The notes: a model not told the origin generated them from the letters alone. DNA of 64,000 nt from an uncultured Clostridia bacterium (GCA_944390965.1 CALXRW010000004.1:986-64985); one strand, 5' to 3'. Shown: positions 51,593-61,807, numbered from the stretch's first letter. Made by a program: numbers and translations.

Positions 51593-53476
51593 TTACTTTT
51601 CAAACAAAAAATATTGAATATTTTCTCTTAATACTCGCATTTTTTTCATTGAATCAGGTAATTTTTCATGATTATAATATATATTTCCTTTATTATCAAT
51701 CGTTATATATTGATTTTGAGCTGGTAGTATATTTCGTATTTGATATAGCCAATTATAATAAGGTGAAATATCCATATCAATTTTATTAATTAGAGTGGTA
51801 AGTAGCATATCTGGACTAATATACTCCGTTTCAAATCCCACTTCCATATTGAAATTAGATAAAATTAATGCTTCTGTTGTGTATTTTCTTAATAAATTTC
51901 GTTTTTCATCTTCTGTATTAAAATAAGATAATTTATTTAAAATATCTTCCCCTTTTTCATTATATAAATATGGTAGATGGTCACCTAAAACTACTAAAAC
52001 AGTAGGTTCTTCCATTTTTTGTATTTCATCATACAATCTTTTAATCTGTATATTCGTATCATATATTCCTTGTGCATATGACAAAATTATGCCTGTTTCT
52101 TCGTCATTCAGTTTCGACTTTGTAATATTGATATCATATTTTTCATATACCTCTTTTTTAAAAGGCATATGAATCTGAATAGTAGCTACCATATAGAATA
52201 ACTTTTCATCCGAACTCTTATTTTTTAGTGTATCTATAACATCATCAACCAGTGCTTCATCAGAAATATAGTTTCCTTTTATTTTTTCGTTATAATCTTT
52301 CATTTCTAAATAAGCATTTTCATATTCTTGAATTCCTAATTTTAGGTAAGTATTCTCTGACATATAGTAATCTTTTCCAAACATTACTTTTGTATAATAT
52401 CCATTTTGATTTAATTCTTTAATAATTGATGGCTTCTCTTTTGCATCATTTGTTCGATACAATTGTAGGAATGGATTATATCCTGTTGGAAAATAAGCTA
52501 GATTTCCTCCTGTTAATAACTCGAATTCAATATTACTAGACATACCTCCATAGCTAGCTGACAAGAGTTTCACACTATTTCCTTTTTCTTTCAGATTTTC
52601 TATATTTTGTGTCAAGTTCCTGTCAAATTCTACTTCTTCTATATTTTCAATATTCCAATAAGATTCTTGGAACATTACAACAATATTGGGTTTTTCATAT
52701 CCTCCTGTACTTCTTGTAGCATTTGCTAATGTCTGTATTGCTTCTTCCTCATTATAAAATTCTGGTTCCATTTTTCTGTTTTCCAATGCCAATCCGTACA
52801 TACCTGCTAAAACACCATATGTTCTATAATAATCCTCTCCTGTTGTAATTGCCTTATAATCCTTTCTTTCGTTTGTTTGATAAAGATATTTTAAAATAAA
52901 TTGATCCTTTATTGGAATTGGTATTAACATAAGTATGAATACTATAAGAACTACTGTTAAACATATTCCTCTCTTTTTTAAATTAGAAAATGATACTGAA
53001 TATTTTTTTGATAAAATACATGTGAGAAGTAACAAGACAAATAAAATACCAAGTTGTACATAATCTATATAATGAAAAATATCATTTTTTACAATTCCTG
53101 TTATTTCTTTAATATTCCCTAAATAAAAAATATCAGAAAGATAAATTGGTGAATTGGTATAGTATAGTTTTATATTATTAATTATTGAAATCGCAAAAAT
53201 GATAACTGCCAATAAATAAGTTGCTCTGTACGTTTTCTTCATAAAGATTGTAAGCAATAAATATATTAAATACATTATAAAGAAAGAAAAACAAGTTGTT
53301 GCTATGTTTATTCCATTAAACAAAAAATAATAATTGCAAATACCATAGTTTAATAAATAGTTAAGAATTATCGGTATCATAGCAATAATCCATTCTTTCT
53401 TTAAGCTTAGCAACTTATGGTTATTCTTTATCTTCTGATTGTTCTCTATTTCTTTTCCCGTTTCCTTTTCGTTCAT
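51593..53476 (-). CDS. LTA synthase / sulfatase-family membrane protein
   Basis: ~5 TM; KPNIVVMFQESY; GG.SSN.EFE.LTG; H.PF; VVLGDHLP. Confidence 0.85.
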   Translation of the reverse strand: MNEKETGKEIENNQKIKNNHKLLSLKKEWIIAMIPIILNYLLNYGICNYYFLFNGINIATTCFSFFIMYLIYLLLTIFMKKTYRATYLLAVIIFAISIINNIKLYYTNSPIYLSDIFYLGNIKEITGIVKNDIFHYIDYVQLGILFVLLLLTCILSKKYSVSFSNLKKRGICLTVVLIVFILMLIPIPIKDQFILKYLYQTNERKDYKAITTGEDYYRTYGVLAGMYGLALENRKMEPEFYNEEEAIQTLANATRSTGGYEKPNIVVMFQESYWNIENIEEVEFDRNLTQNIENLKEKGNSVKLLSASYGGMSSNIEFELLTGGNLAYFPTGYNPFLQLYRTNDAKEKPSIIKELNQNGYYTKVMFGKDYYMSENTYLKLGIQEYENAYLEMKDYNEKIKGNYISDEALVDDVIDTLKNKSSDEKLFYMVATIQIHMPFKKEVYEKYDINITKSKLNDEETGIILSYAQGIYDTNIQIKRLYDEIQKMEEPTVLVVLGDHLPYLYNEKGEDILNKLSYFNTEDEKRNLLRKYTTEALILSNFNMEVGFETEYISPDMLLTTLINKIDMDISPYYNWLYQIRNILPAQNQYITIDNKGNIYYNHEKLPDSMKKMRVLRENIQYFLFEK

Positions 53477-53946
53477 TAATTTGTCTCCTTTAGAATATTT
53501 AATTATCCTTCTAGCTAAATAGCTTTTGTGCTATCCAAGGAAGTATATAAATAAATATTTCTAACATTTTTCCCTTCATAAATAATTTTATTTATTTTTG
53601 TGGTTATAATATATAATCACATTATTTTAAATCTTTTCCTATAATTTCAGAATAATCCTTTTCTACTTAGATCAAATGTGATTTTATATTTTGCATGTAT
53701 TAATGGTCTAAAGCAAATCTTTCATTATTACATTTTTACCAAAGTTTCTTAAAGCATAATTTTTTTAAGAGTGGCTTTTATGCCTATTCTTTTTGTATAT
53801 TATTTTAGTATATCTATTCTTACTTTATACTCCATATAGGAATTTATGTTAAGATTACACCAATATATGATTGATTCTCTATTATTTTTCTTAATTTTTG
53901 AATATGCCATATGATGCATACATCTGTATGTAATAATAATTTTATT

Positions 53947-55182
53947 TTAAACTTCTTCCATTTCTTGTTTTTCTAGTATTTTTTGAAAAATGTCTTTGGT
54001 TATAATTACAACTAGTATTAAATTTAGTAAACTCATTATTTGTATATTTAGAATTTGACCCCCAAAAAGTAATTTGGAATATCCATATAAAGAAATAAGA
54101 TTAATTCCAATTGGAATATAAATCTTTTTCCAGTCCCTTGATATCACAAAATACAATACACTTAAAATATCTCCCATATATAAATATCTTTCATGCATAT
54201 TAGGAAGCAAAAAGGTACATATCATCACTGACCATAAACTCATCTGAATCAACAAATTTCCCTTTATATCCACTTTTTTATAAATTAAAATTACTAATAC
54301 CACAAATAATATCATAAATGTTATATAAATACCTACTTGTTCCACTCCTTGTATTGTATTTAACGCGTAACCATTCTGTTTTATTGGCATTAAAATATTG
54401 TATATTCCCGGGAATAACAAACTAATATAATCTTTATAAAAATTTGTCTGCATTATATATATAGTCAATATATCTGCAATTCCTTTCCCACAAAGCATTG
54501 CGGGTAAACATAAAATAAAATTCATGATTGGAATAATTAAAAAATAATAGATTGGAAACTTCCTTTTGCTTACGTACATAAATATGAACACGGGCAATAT
54601 AAAGATAAATTGCAACTTAAAAGCAAATGATATTCCTAAAAATATAAATGATCTCCTATATTTCTCTTTTAACATATATAAAAGAGCTAACATTGCAAAT
54701 GCTACATATATCGAATCGCATTGTCCCCAAAAGCTACTGTTTAGTAAAACAGTAGGTAAAAATAATATGATACCATATGTGATAACAGAATATAGATTTA
54801 CATTTTTATTTTTTCGAAATAATAATTTTACAATTTTTGCACAAGTAATCGCTAATATGAAATCAAATATGATAGATACTATCTTAATGGATACAACAGA
54901 ATTAATTGGAAAATAAGTAAGAATTGCCAAAATAGTTACATAAGGATAATTATAATTCCCCGTATAATTGCCTAGGCCTAATAAACCTCCATCATTCTTT
55001 AATTGATCAAACCATGGCTTTAAAAAGATCAAATAGTCTTCTGTCTCCTGATCAATAAATTGTATTCTAATGATAATTGCAAACACCGTTATCATTAATG
55101 GCAAAAAAATTAAAATATCTTTTTTTATTATATTTCCTATTTTATTTTCCAGGCTAATTGCCTTTTCTGCTATTTTTTTCAT
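53947..55182 (-). CDS. GT-C membrane glycosyltransferase (GT87/mannosyltransferase-like)
   Basis: DY..FL.PW, NY.YPY, NSSFWGQCDSIY, AFKLQ, LPNMHERY. Confidence 0.75.
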   Translation of the reverse strand: MKKIAEKAISLENKIGNIIKKDILIFLPLMITVFAIIIRIQFIDQETEDYLIFLKPWFDQLKNDGGLLGLGNYTGNYNYPYVTILAILTYFPINSVVSIKIVSIIFDFILAITCAKIVKLLFRKNKNVNLYSVITYGIILFLPTVLLNSSFWGQCDSIYVAFAMLALLYMLKEKYRRSFIFLGISFAFKLQFIFILPVFIFMYVSKRKFPIYYFLIIPIMNFILCLPAMLCGKGIADILTIYIMQTNFYKDYISLLFPGIYNILMPIKQNGYALNTIQGVEQVGIYITFMILFVVLVILIYKKVDIKGNLLIQMSLWSVMICTFLLPNMHERYLYMGDILSVLYFVISRDWKKIYIPIGINLISLYGYSKLLFGGQILNIQIMSLLNLILVVIITKDIFQKILEKQEMEEV

Positions 55183-55248
55183 TTTTTCTCCTAATCTATT
55201 TTTTATTAGTCATATGAGAGAAAAACAACTTTTTCGTTTTTTCCCATA

Positions 55249-55800
55249 TTATACAAATAACTTTTGTATTACCGCAAAAAGGATATAAATTAATGCTCCT
55301 AATAAATAATAAAACATGATTTTTTTGATTTCTTCTTTGTTTTCTGATTTTGTTCTTATGTATTTAAAGTATTTATTAGATAAAATGAATATTACTTCAA
55401 TAAAAACAGTTAAGCTGCTCCACCAATTTCTTGAGTCTGTATATGTTTGCGTGGTACCATCTGGTGAAATATAGACTGTAAGTGGAGCTATTATGAATGA
55501 AATAAAAGTCAAACACAGAAAAAATATCGTCATTATGCTATATGTTATTTTGGTAATTATTAACCTTTTTTTATTTATCGTTTTCCTTTTTTTCCATGTT
55601 GTTATAAGATGTACTATGAAACTGAGTGTTATCATATAACTGCTACCTAATATTATTCCATGCAGCCAACTTTTGTCATTTGTTCTAATTATTTCACCAT
55701 TTATATTATTTTCTTTTGCCATTAAAGGCAATGTTATAAACAAAATAATTATAAAAGTTGCTAACATAATTGCTATTTGTTTTCTACATTTACCCTTCAT
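55249..55800 (-). CDS. Hypothetical membrane protein
   Basis: 183-aa ORF with ~5 hydrophobic segments; AGGAG RBS. Confidence 0.6.
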   Translation of the reverse strand: MKGKCRKQIAIMLATFIIILFITLPLMAKENNINGEIIRTNDKSWLHGIILGSSYMITLSFIVHLITTWKKRKTINKKRLIITKITYSIMTIFFLCLTFISFIIAPLTVYISPDGTTQTYTDSRNWWSSLTVFIEVIFILSNKYFKYIRTKSENKEEIKKIMFYYLLGALIYILFAVIQKLFV

Positions 55801-56007
55801 AGAAATTCTCCTTTTATTTTTACTTACTTTTCGTAATTTCTAAAGAATGGACAATTAGAGTCACACCAACACTTTTCATAAATTATTTGGTATCATCTTA
55901 TATTTAGTGATTCCTTTAAAATATTCAGTTTTCTTAAATCACTTTATCTTCCATATTATTTTTATTATAAATATAAAATAGAAAAAAAGCAACGTTTTTG
56001 TTGCTTT

Positions 56008-56208
56008 TTATAAATACATGAATAATATTTTGTTTTTTTTGCGTTTTCTGCCTTTTGGCTTTTTCTTTTCTTGAGGGCTTGTACGATAATATTTGGCAAT
56101 TAATTGGTCTAACTCTACACTTATTCTATAAATTTCGCTATAATCGTCGCCCTGTATAATGCTATTATTTAATTGGTCTCTTAATTTGCAAATATCGTCA
56201 TTTATCAT
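56008..56208 (-). CDS. Spo0E-like aspartyl-phosphate phosphatase
   Basis: ICKLRDQLN..IYRISVELDQLIAKYY (SQxLD-like motif). Confidence 0.7.
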   Translation of the reverse strand: MINDDICKLRDQLNNSIIQGDDYSEIYRISVELDQLIAKYYRTSPQEKKKPKGRKRKKNKILFMYL

Positions 56209-56415
56209 CTGATCACCCCACACCATGAAAAAATCAAAATTTCTTTTCCAAAATTCTTTCAAATTCCAAGTCGGTTAAGCCGTCTTTTTTTTATGAATTG
56301 TGATATTTTTGAACAACTTACATTTTTCATTTGTTCTGATAATAAAATACCATATTTTTACAAATTAATCAACTAGTTTTGTTTATTTTTCAGTATTTTC
56401 GTACGTGTTTTTTAC

Positions 56416-57216
56416 TCATTTTACTTCATTTTGATTTTTTCTTTTTTGTTTTATTTTGTTTTTCGACAACATTATACAGGATATGACAAAAAGAATAATA
56501 GACACAATTTGAGAAATTCTAAGATTTAGAAACATTAAACTATCTGTTCTTAGTCCTTCTATCAAAAATCTTACGATAGAATATAAAATTAAATATAAAT
56601 ATGTCGTTTCTCCAGAAAATTTACGTTTTTTGTTTTTTATCATCAAACTAACAAAAATACAAAATGTAGCAATGGATTCATACAAAAATGTAGGGTGCAC
56701 TTCTTTGTATATTCCATTTTCTATAATCCCCATTCTCCAAGGAAGAGTAGTTTGTGTTCCATATGCTTCTATATTAAAAAAGTTTCCCCATCTTCCAATC
56801 GCCTGTCCCAATGCTAAACAAGGTGCTACTAAATCACATAAATCTAAAAAATGGATTTTCTTTTTTTTGCAGTAAACAAAGCAGGTAATCACTCCTCCTA
56901 TTACACCACCATATATTGCCAAGCCTCCTGTACGGAAATTAAAGAATTGTAATGGGTTTTCTAAAAAAGAGGGAGAAAAAATACAGTAATATAGTCTTGC
57001 TGATAAAAAGGAAATAGGAATTAAATAAATGCTTAAGTCTAAAATATTTTCAAAGTGAATTCCAAATTTTCCATCCTGTACCTTTAATATAATAAAAGCA
57101 AGGATAATTCCAAGCACAATAAAAATGGCATACCAATATATGTCTATGCCAAACAAAGAAAATGCAATTCTATTAATATGTAAATGGATTCCTAATCCAG
57201 GAAATTGAACTAGCAT
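56416..57216 (-). CDS. lgt: Prolipoprotein diacylglyceryl transferase
   Basis: ARLYY, GGLAIYGG, GQAIGRWGNFFN.EAYG, HPTFLYES, RF.IE.LRTD. Confidence 0.95.
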   Translation of the reverse strand: MLVQFPGLGIHLHINRIAFSLFGIDIYWYAIFIVLGIILAFIILKVQDGKFGIHFENILDLSIYLIPISFLSARLYYCIFSPSFLENPLQFFNFRTGGLAIYGGVIGGVITCFVYCKKKKIHFLDLCDLVAPCLALGQAIGRWGNFFNIEAYGTQTTLPWRMGIIENGIYKEVHPTFLYESIATFCIFVSLMIKNKKRKFSGETTYLYLILYSIVRFLIEGLRTDSLMFLNLRISQIVSIILFVISCIMLSKNKIKQKRKNQNEVK

Positions 57217-57365
57217 GTTTCCTCCTATCGTAATTATTCATTATTCACTATTCATTTTTCATTATTCATTAAATAGCAATTTCATCGAAGCCCGGGCGAT
57301 TAAAATTGCCTCTGTCAATGGGACGGAGATTTTGACATTAAATCTCACTTCCCACTTCCCATTTC

Positions 57366-58634
57366 TCACTTCACAATAGAAATGACTTGATTGTCTTCTC
57401 CTAATACTTTTTCTAGTACTTTTTGTGTATATTCCTTAGAAATATGCTCTATTTTTTCAATATAATCTAAGCTGTTGATTCCTTTAAAATAGTCTGCTAA
57501 GAACATTCTTGCAATATCTCCAACACTATTAAATTCTCTTACATATGTGCCATATAACATTTTTTTGCATCTTTGAAATTCCGCTTCTTCTATTCCTTTT
57601 TCTTTTTTCTCTGCTATTTTTTTCATAAGCTCTTCTTTGACCTTTTTAGGGTCTTTTGATTGCCCTGTGATGGTTACATGTGCATAATTAGAAGAAAACT
57701 CATAATCTAATTGAGGCTCTTCCATTAGATATCCTTTTTCATATAATTCTTGGTATAGAGTAGAGCTTTTTCCTATTAAACTGTTTAAAAGAATTTCCAT
57801 TGCAATATGTTTTTCTAACATGTCTTCTTCTATCTCATCTTTAAATCCTATTACAAAAATAGGGGTACTTACTTCCATATGCTGTATTATTTCTTTTTTA
57901 GTAACTTCTTTAGGTTCCTTTGGATAGATTCTTTCAATTTTTCCTCTTTCTTCTCTTGGAATCAGTCTTTTTTTAATTTCTTGTAGTAATAGTTCTGGTT
58001 CAAAATCTCCACAAATCACCATCACCATGTTTGAGGGATGATAAAAAGTGTCATAGCATTGATATAAGATGTCTTTGTTAATTTTGTGTATGGTTTCCTT
58101 TGTTCCCGTAATATCAATTCGAACTGGATTTTTCTGGTACATAGCCTTCATGGCATTTAAATATACAACCCATTCTGGGTAATCATCATACATACTAATT
58201 TCTTGTTCTATAATGCCTTGTTCTTTTTCTACATTTTCCTCTGTAAAATATGGATGTTGTACATAATCCATTAGTTCATCTAATGCTTCATAAAAGTTTT
58301 CGGTTGCTTCGAAAAGATATGCTGTATGATCATTTGTTGTATAAGCATTTGCACTAACTCCTAAGGAGGTAAGAACATCTAGGCTATTAGTACCATTTTC
58401 TTGTTCAAATAATTTATGTTCCAAAAAGTGAGCAATTCCATTAGGGACTTCAATAGGTTCCTTTCCTTTGTAAGGAATAAATTTATTATCATTTGATCCA
58501 TATTTTGTTCCCCAAATAACATATTTTTTGATCGTTTTTTTAGGAATTATCATAACGGTTAATCCGTTTTCTAAAATTTCTTTATACACACATTCTTTTA
58601 TTTTGGTATTTTCAATTTTCTGCATTTTGTTCAC
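57366..58634 (-). CDS. M16 zinc peptidase (YmfH-like)
   Basis: GIAHFLEHKLFE (HxxEH), NAYTT, VEKEQGII.QEI.MY. Confidence 0.9.
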   Translation of the reverse strand: MNKMQKIENTKIKECVYKEILENGLTVMIIPKKTIKKYVIWGTKYGSNDNKFIPYKGKEPIEVPNGIAHFLEHKLFEQENGTNSLDVLTSLGVSANAYTTNDHTAYLFEATENFYEALDELMDYVQHPYFTEENVEKEQGIIEQEISMYDDYPEWVVYLNAMKAMYQKNPVRIDITGTKETIHKINKDILYQCYDTFYHPSNMVMVICGDFEPELLLQEIKKRLIPREERGKIERIYPKEPKEVTKKEIIQHMEVSTPIFVIGFKDEIEEDMLEKHIAMEILLNSLIGKSSTLYQELYEKGYLMEEPQLDYEFSSNYAHVTITGQSKDPKKVKEELMKKIAEKKEKGIEEAEFQRCKKMLYGTYVREFNSVGDIARMFLADYFKGINSLDYIEKIEHISKEYTQKVLEKVLGEDNQVISIVK

Positions 58635-59919
58635 CCTCTCTATTTGATGTTAAAAAATAAATGGTATTGATTTCTATTTTTTTCGCTATTTCTTCTACTT
58701 GTTGTTTGGTTACTTCTTGAACTTTCTTTTTATAGTCTTCAAAACTAACATGGAAATTAGATAGTTCCTGTCCAATGTAATATATAATTTGGGTATCTTG
58801 CTCATTTTCTACGAAGTTTATCGCTGTTATCATATATTTTTTTGCATTTTCTAAATCTTGCTCTGTAAAATTTCCTTTTTTCATGTCTTCTAATTGTTGT
58901 TTAATAGTTTCAAGTGCTTTTTCATAATTTGCAATATCAATCCCACAGCGAACATAAATATTATTCTTTTGTCGAATATAGCTTGACCTCGCACTATAGG
59001 CCAAATGAGCTTTTTCTCTGACATTTTGGAACATTTTTGAATTTGCTCCATCCCCTAAAATCGTGTTATACATAGAAGCTATAAATCTAGAGTCTTTTTT
59101 ATTTTCTTTAATGTCTAATCCAATTACAAGTTTTCCTTGGCTTACATCTCTTTCTTCTTTTACGATATTTATATTTTCTATTTTTTCTTTTGTGGCTGTT
59201 TCTTCATTATTCACAACATAGTTTGCTTCTCTTTCTTGTAGTTTTTGAATTGATGTATTTTTTTCTATGATGTTTTTTACTTCTTCTTGTGGAATTTCCC
59301 CGGAAAAGAAAATATCTATTTTACATGTTTGTAATAAATCTTGATAATGTTTAAATAGATTTTGACTATTCATTTTTTCTAAGTCCTCTATATAACCGTA
59401 TTTGTAAACAGAATAGTCTTGATTTGGATACATGCTTTCAATACATTTTTCCAAAGAATATTGTTCTTTATCATCAATTCTACTTTGTATCATTTGCTTT
59501 AAATTTTTCTTTTCACTTTCTACATACTCTTCTTTAAATCCATTTTTTTCTGTTAGCGGTTCCAATACAATTTGGATTAAAAGCTCCGCCATTGGAGTTA
59601 AAATGTCTTCTTTTTCTGGTAAATATTGGTTATTAATTCCTTCTATATAGAACTTTAAAAGTTGATTATCTCCAATTTTCTCAATTCCTCCATTATATTC
59701 TGCTCCATACATTTCTTCTAACTTTTGATTGATTTCTTCTTGTGTTTTTATTTTTTCAGTTCCTCTTCTTAAAACAGCTGGCAGTAACGCATTCCATGTA
59801 GCTGTTTCTCTTTTTAATGGTGTACTTAAAAAGATAGAAACTAGATTGGTTTTGAAAATATGATTTGGAATATAGTGTAAGGTAATTCCCTTTTTAATTT
59901 CTATTTTTTCATAACTCAT
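58612..59919 (-). CDS. M16 inactive partner subunit (YmfF-like)
   Basis: FKTN, VLRRGT, ILG.GANSKMFQNVREK..LAY; no HxxEH. Confidence 0.88.
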   Translation of the reverse strand: MSYEKIEIKKGITLHYIPNHIFKTNLVSIFLSTPLKRETATWNALLPAVLRRGTEKIKTQEEINQKLEEMYGAEYNGGIEKIGDNQLLKFYIEGINNQYLPEKEDILTPMAELLIQIVLEPLTEKNGFKEEYVESEKKNLKQMIQSRIDDKEQYSLEKCIESMYPNQDYSVYKYGYIEDLEKMNSQNLFKHYQDLLQTCKIDIFFSGEIPQEEVKNIIEKNTSIQKLQEREANYVVNNEETATKEKIENINIVKEERDVSQGKLVIGLDIKENKKDSRFIASMYNTILGDGANSKMFQNVREKAHLAYSARSSYIRQKNNIYVRCGIDIANYEKALETIKQQLEDMKKGNFTEQDLENAKKYMITAINFVENEQDTQIIYYIGQELSNFHVSFEDYKKKVQEVTKQQVEEIAKKIEINTIYFLTSNREGEQNAEN

Positions 59920-60048
59920 GTATCATCTTTCCTTCCTTCTTTTGTCTTTTCTTAGTATTTTCGAATTTTAAAGTTTTATTCTTAAATTCCCTTTTTCATA
60001 CTAGCATTTTTGTGTTTTTCTTGTCAATAGTTTTATTGTTGCTTTTCT

Positions 60049-60080
60049 AAAAAAATCGCCAAACTTTTCGTTTGACGATT
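60049..60080 (-). terminator. Terminator directly after the tRNA 3' half
   Basis: aaaaaaatcgccaaac..gtttgacgatt. Confidence 0.7.
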
Positions 60081-60118
60081 TGGTGCGGCTAGAGGGACTT
60101 GAACCCCCACTCTCACGG
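60081..60118 (-). pseudogene. 3' half of a split tRNA-Arg(ACG)
   Basis: CCGTG-AGAGT-GGGGGTTCAAGTCCCTC-TAGCCGC-ACCA; pairs with 5' half at 61808-61846. Confidence 0.85.
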
Positions 60119-60157
60119 TTCACGTCTCTTGGTTCAAAAAATAATTGAAAGAATTTT

Positions 60158-61460
60158 TTAATAAATATCTAAAGATTCTCTGTATAATTTGGTCGTTTTC
60201 ACATTACTTAATACTTGGTCGTTTGTTAGTGGTTTTGTATATAATCTACATGTATATAGTTCTCCTTGCATATAATATATATTTCCATTTCCATACCACG
60301 GGCAAGCACCTACAAAGAATGGACAAGTATCATTATTCCATGTTTCTAATCCTTTTTTATAGCTATCACTTCCATAATAAGTATACCCGTATAAATTTCC
60401 ATCTACATAATATTCTAATTTATCCACTTCATTTTCTCGCATATAATTATCATAAAGTTCATTGTCAGTATCCTTATGATATGCTATATAAACAATTGTA
60501 ATATAAGCATTTTCTTTAGCATTAAACCCAAACTTATTATCAATCACTTGTACTGAACCCAAATTTTCTGTTATTAAATTTTCCCCTATTCCTGTCCATG
60601 AAGAAGAAGAGTAAAATTTACACAATCCATTATCATCATTAGTTGCAAATCGCATTGCTAAAGTAACATTACTATCCAACGAAGGAATTCTACAAAATAA
60701 TGCTGATGCTTTTTTTCCAGCTCCAGAAGAACTACCATTATCATAATTTAATTCAGATAAATTTACATAAGCTTCAAAAGTGAACCCATTAGTAAAATCC
60801 AGACCGTTCTTTACTAAACTTTAAATATCCACCTTTTTTTGATAAATCATTACTCATATTAAATTGAATTGATTTATTATCATTATTATAATTTACATCA
60901 CCATATTTTGTAACTTGATTCCAATTTTCTGATGATATATTAGTTGGGTCTATATTAAGTGCTAAATTGTCAGTTATTGCTAAAGTACTGTTATAGTCAA
61001 ATTTTGTATATTTATTTTTCTCCAAATGAATAAATTCTCCAGTGTTGTGATTAACCAACCACGAATACTTTGTTTTCCCATAATTTATTATTTCTGTATT
61101 TTCTGGAATATAATTCCACCCAGTACCATAAATAGTACCATTATCTAATACTACTATACTCCATCTATTACTATTTTGTAAATTTCTATCATATAACATT
61201 TCCCCAATATTATATTTGTTATCTAGTTCTGTTTGATTATCTATTTCTCTTGACATGAATGATAATACTATTGCTTCTTTTTCAGTGGTTAGTTCAGTTT
61301 TATCTTTTGTTTCCTTTGCTCTTATTAATATTCCATTATCTCCTGTTAAAGTTGCAATGGTTACTCCTGCTAGTATTAGTAATACTATTATTGTGATTAC
61401 TAATGCAATTAATGTAATACCTTTTCTGTTTTTTTTAAATTTTAGATTTAATTTTTTCAT
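60158..61460 (-). CDS. Pilin-leader surface protein with LamG/concanavalin-like domain; +1 shift at CGG 60804-60806
   Basis: KGITLIALVITIIVLLILAGV; YLKFSKE[C]GLDFTNGFTFEAYV..YYVDG..G.L..CRLYTKPLT. Confidence 0.8.
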
Positions 61461-61561
61461 AAAATTTTTCTCCTTTTTTCTCTTGTTATAAACTTATTAT
61501 ATAATAATATATGAAAAAAGTCCGTCTCCCTTGGTTCAAAGAATTTTAAAAATATTAAAAT

Positions 61562-61595
61562 AAAAAAGCATTGAATTTTTTTATGCAATGCTTTT
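61562..61595 (-). terminator. Terminator after intact tRNA-Arg
   Basis: aaaaaagcattg..caatgctttt. Confidence 0.7.
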
Positions 61596-61596
61596 A

Positions 61597-61673
61597 TGGT
61601 GCGCCTGGAGGGACTCGAACCCCCGATCTGCAAGTTCGTAGCCTGCCATTCTATCCAGCTAAACTACAGGCGC
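61597..61673 (-). tRNA. tRNA-Arg (anticodon ACG), 77 nt, encoded CCA
   Basis: GCGCCTG TAGTTTAGCTGGATAGAAT G GCAGG CT ACG AA CTTGC AGATC GGGGGTTCGAGTCCCTC CAGGCGC ACCA. Confidence 0.95.
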
Positions 61674-61807
61674 ATATACAATGTTTAATTATGGTAAATA
61701 TTAAACTGAACCCTCATATTCTTTTGGGGAAATTTGAGGGTAAATTTTTAAAATATTTACCGTCAAAGTCTTTTGTACCAAGTATTATGTTAAAATTAGG
61801 CACAAGT

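Noticed and set aside
53477-53946. 470-bp gap as a hidden gene or RNA
   Set aside because: Extremely AT-rich, only very short ORFs, no convincing structure or CGG-joinable frames seen.
60081-60118. Fragment first read as a tRNA-Leu 3' end (att site)
   Set aside because: Its acceptor and anticodon stems match the Arg(ACG) 5' half at 61808-61846 exactly.
4532-61460. Eight split genes as ordinary pseudogenes or random indel errors
   Set aside because: All eight are the same in-phase C before a Gly codon, in varied sequence contexts and on both strands, with no other lesions in those genes. Not fully excluded without raw reads.
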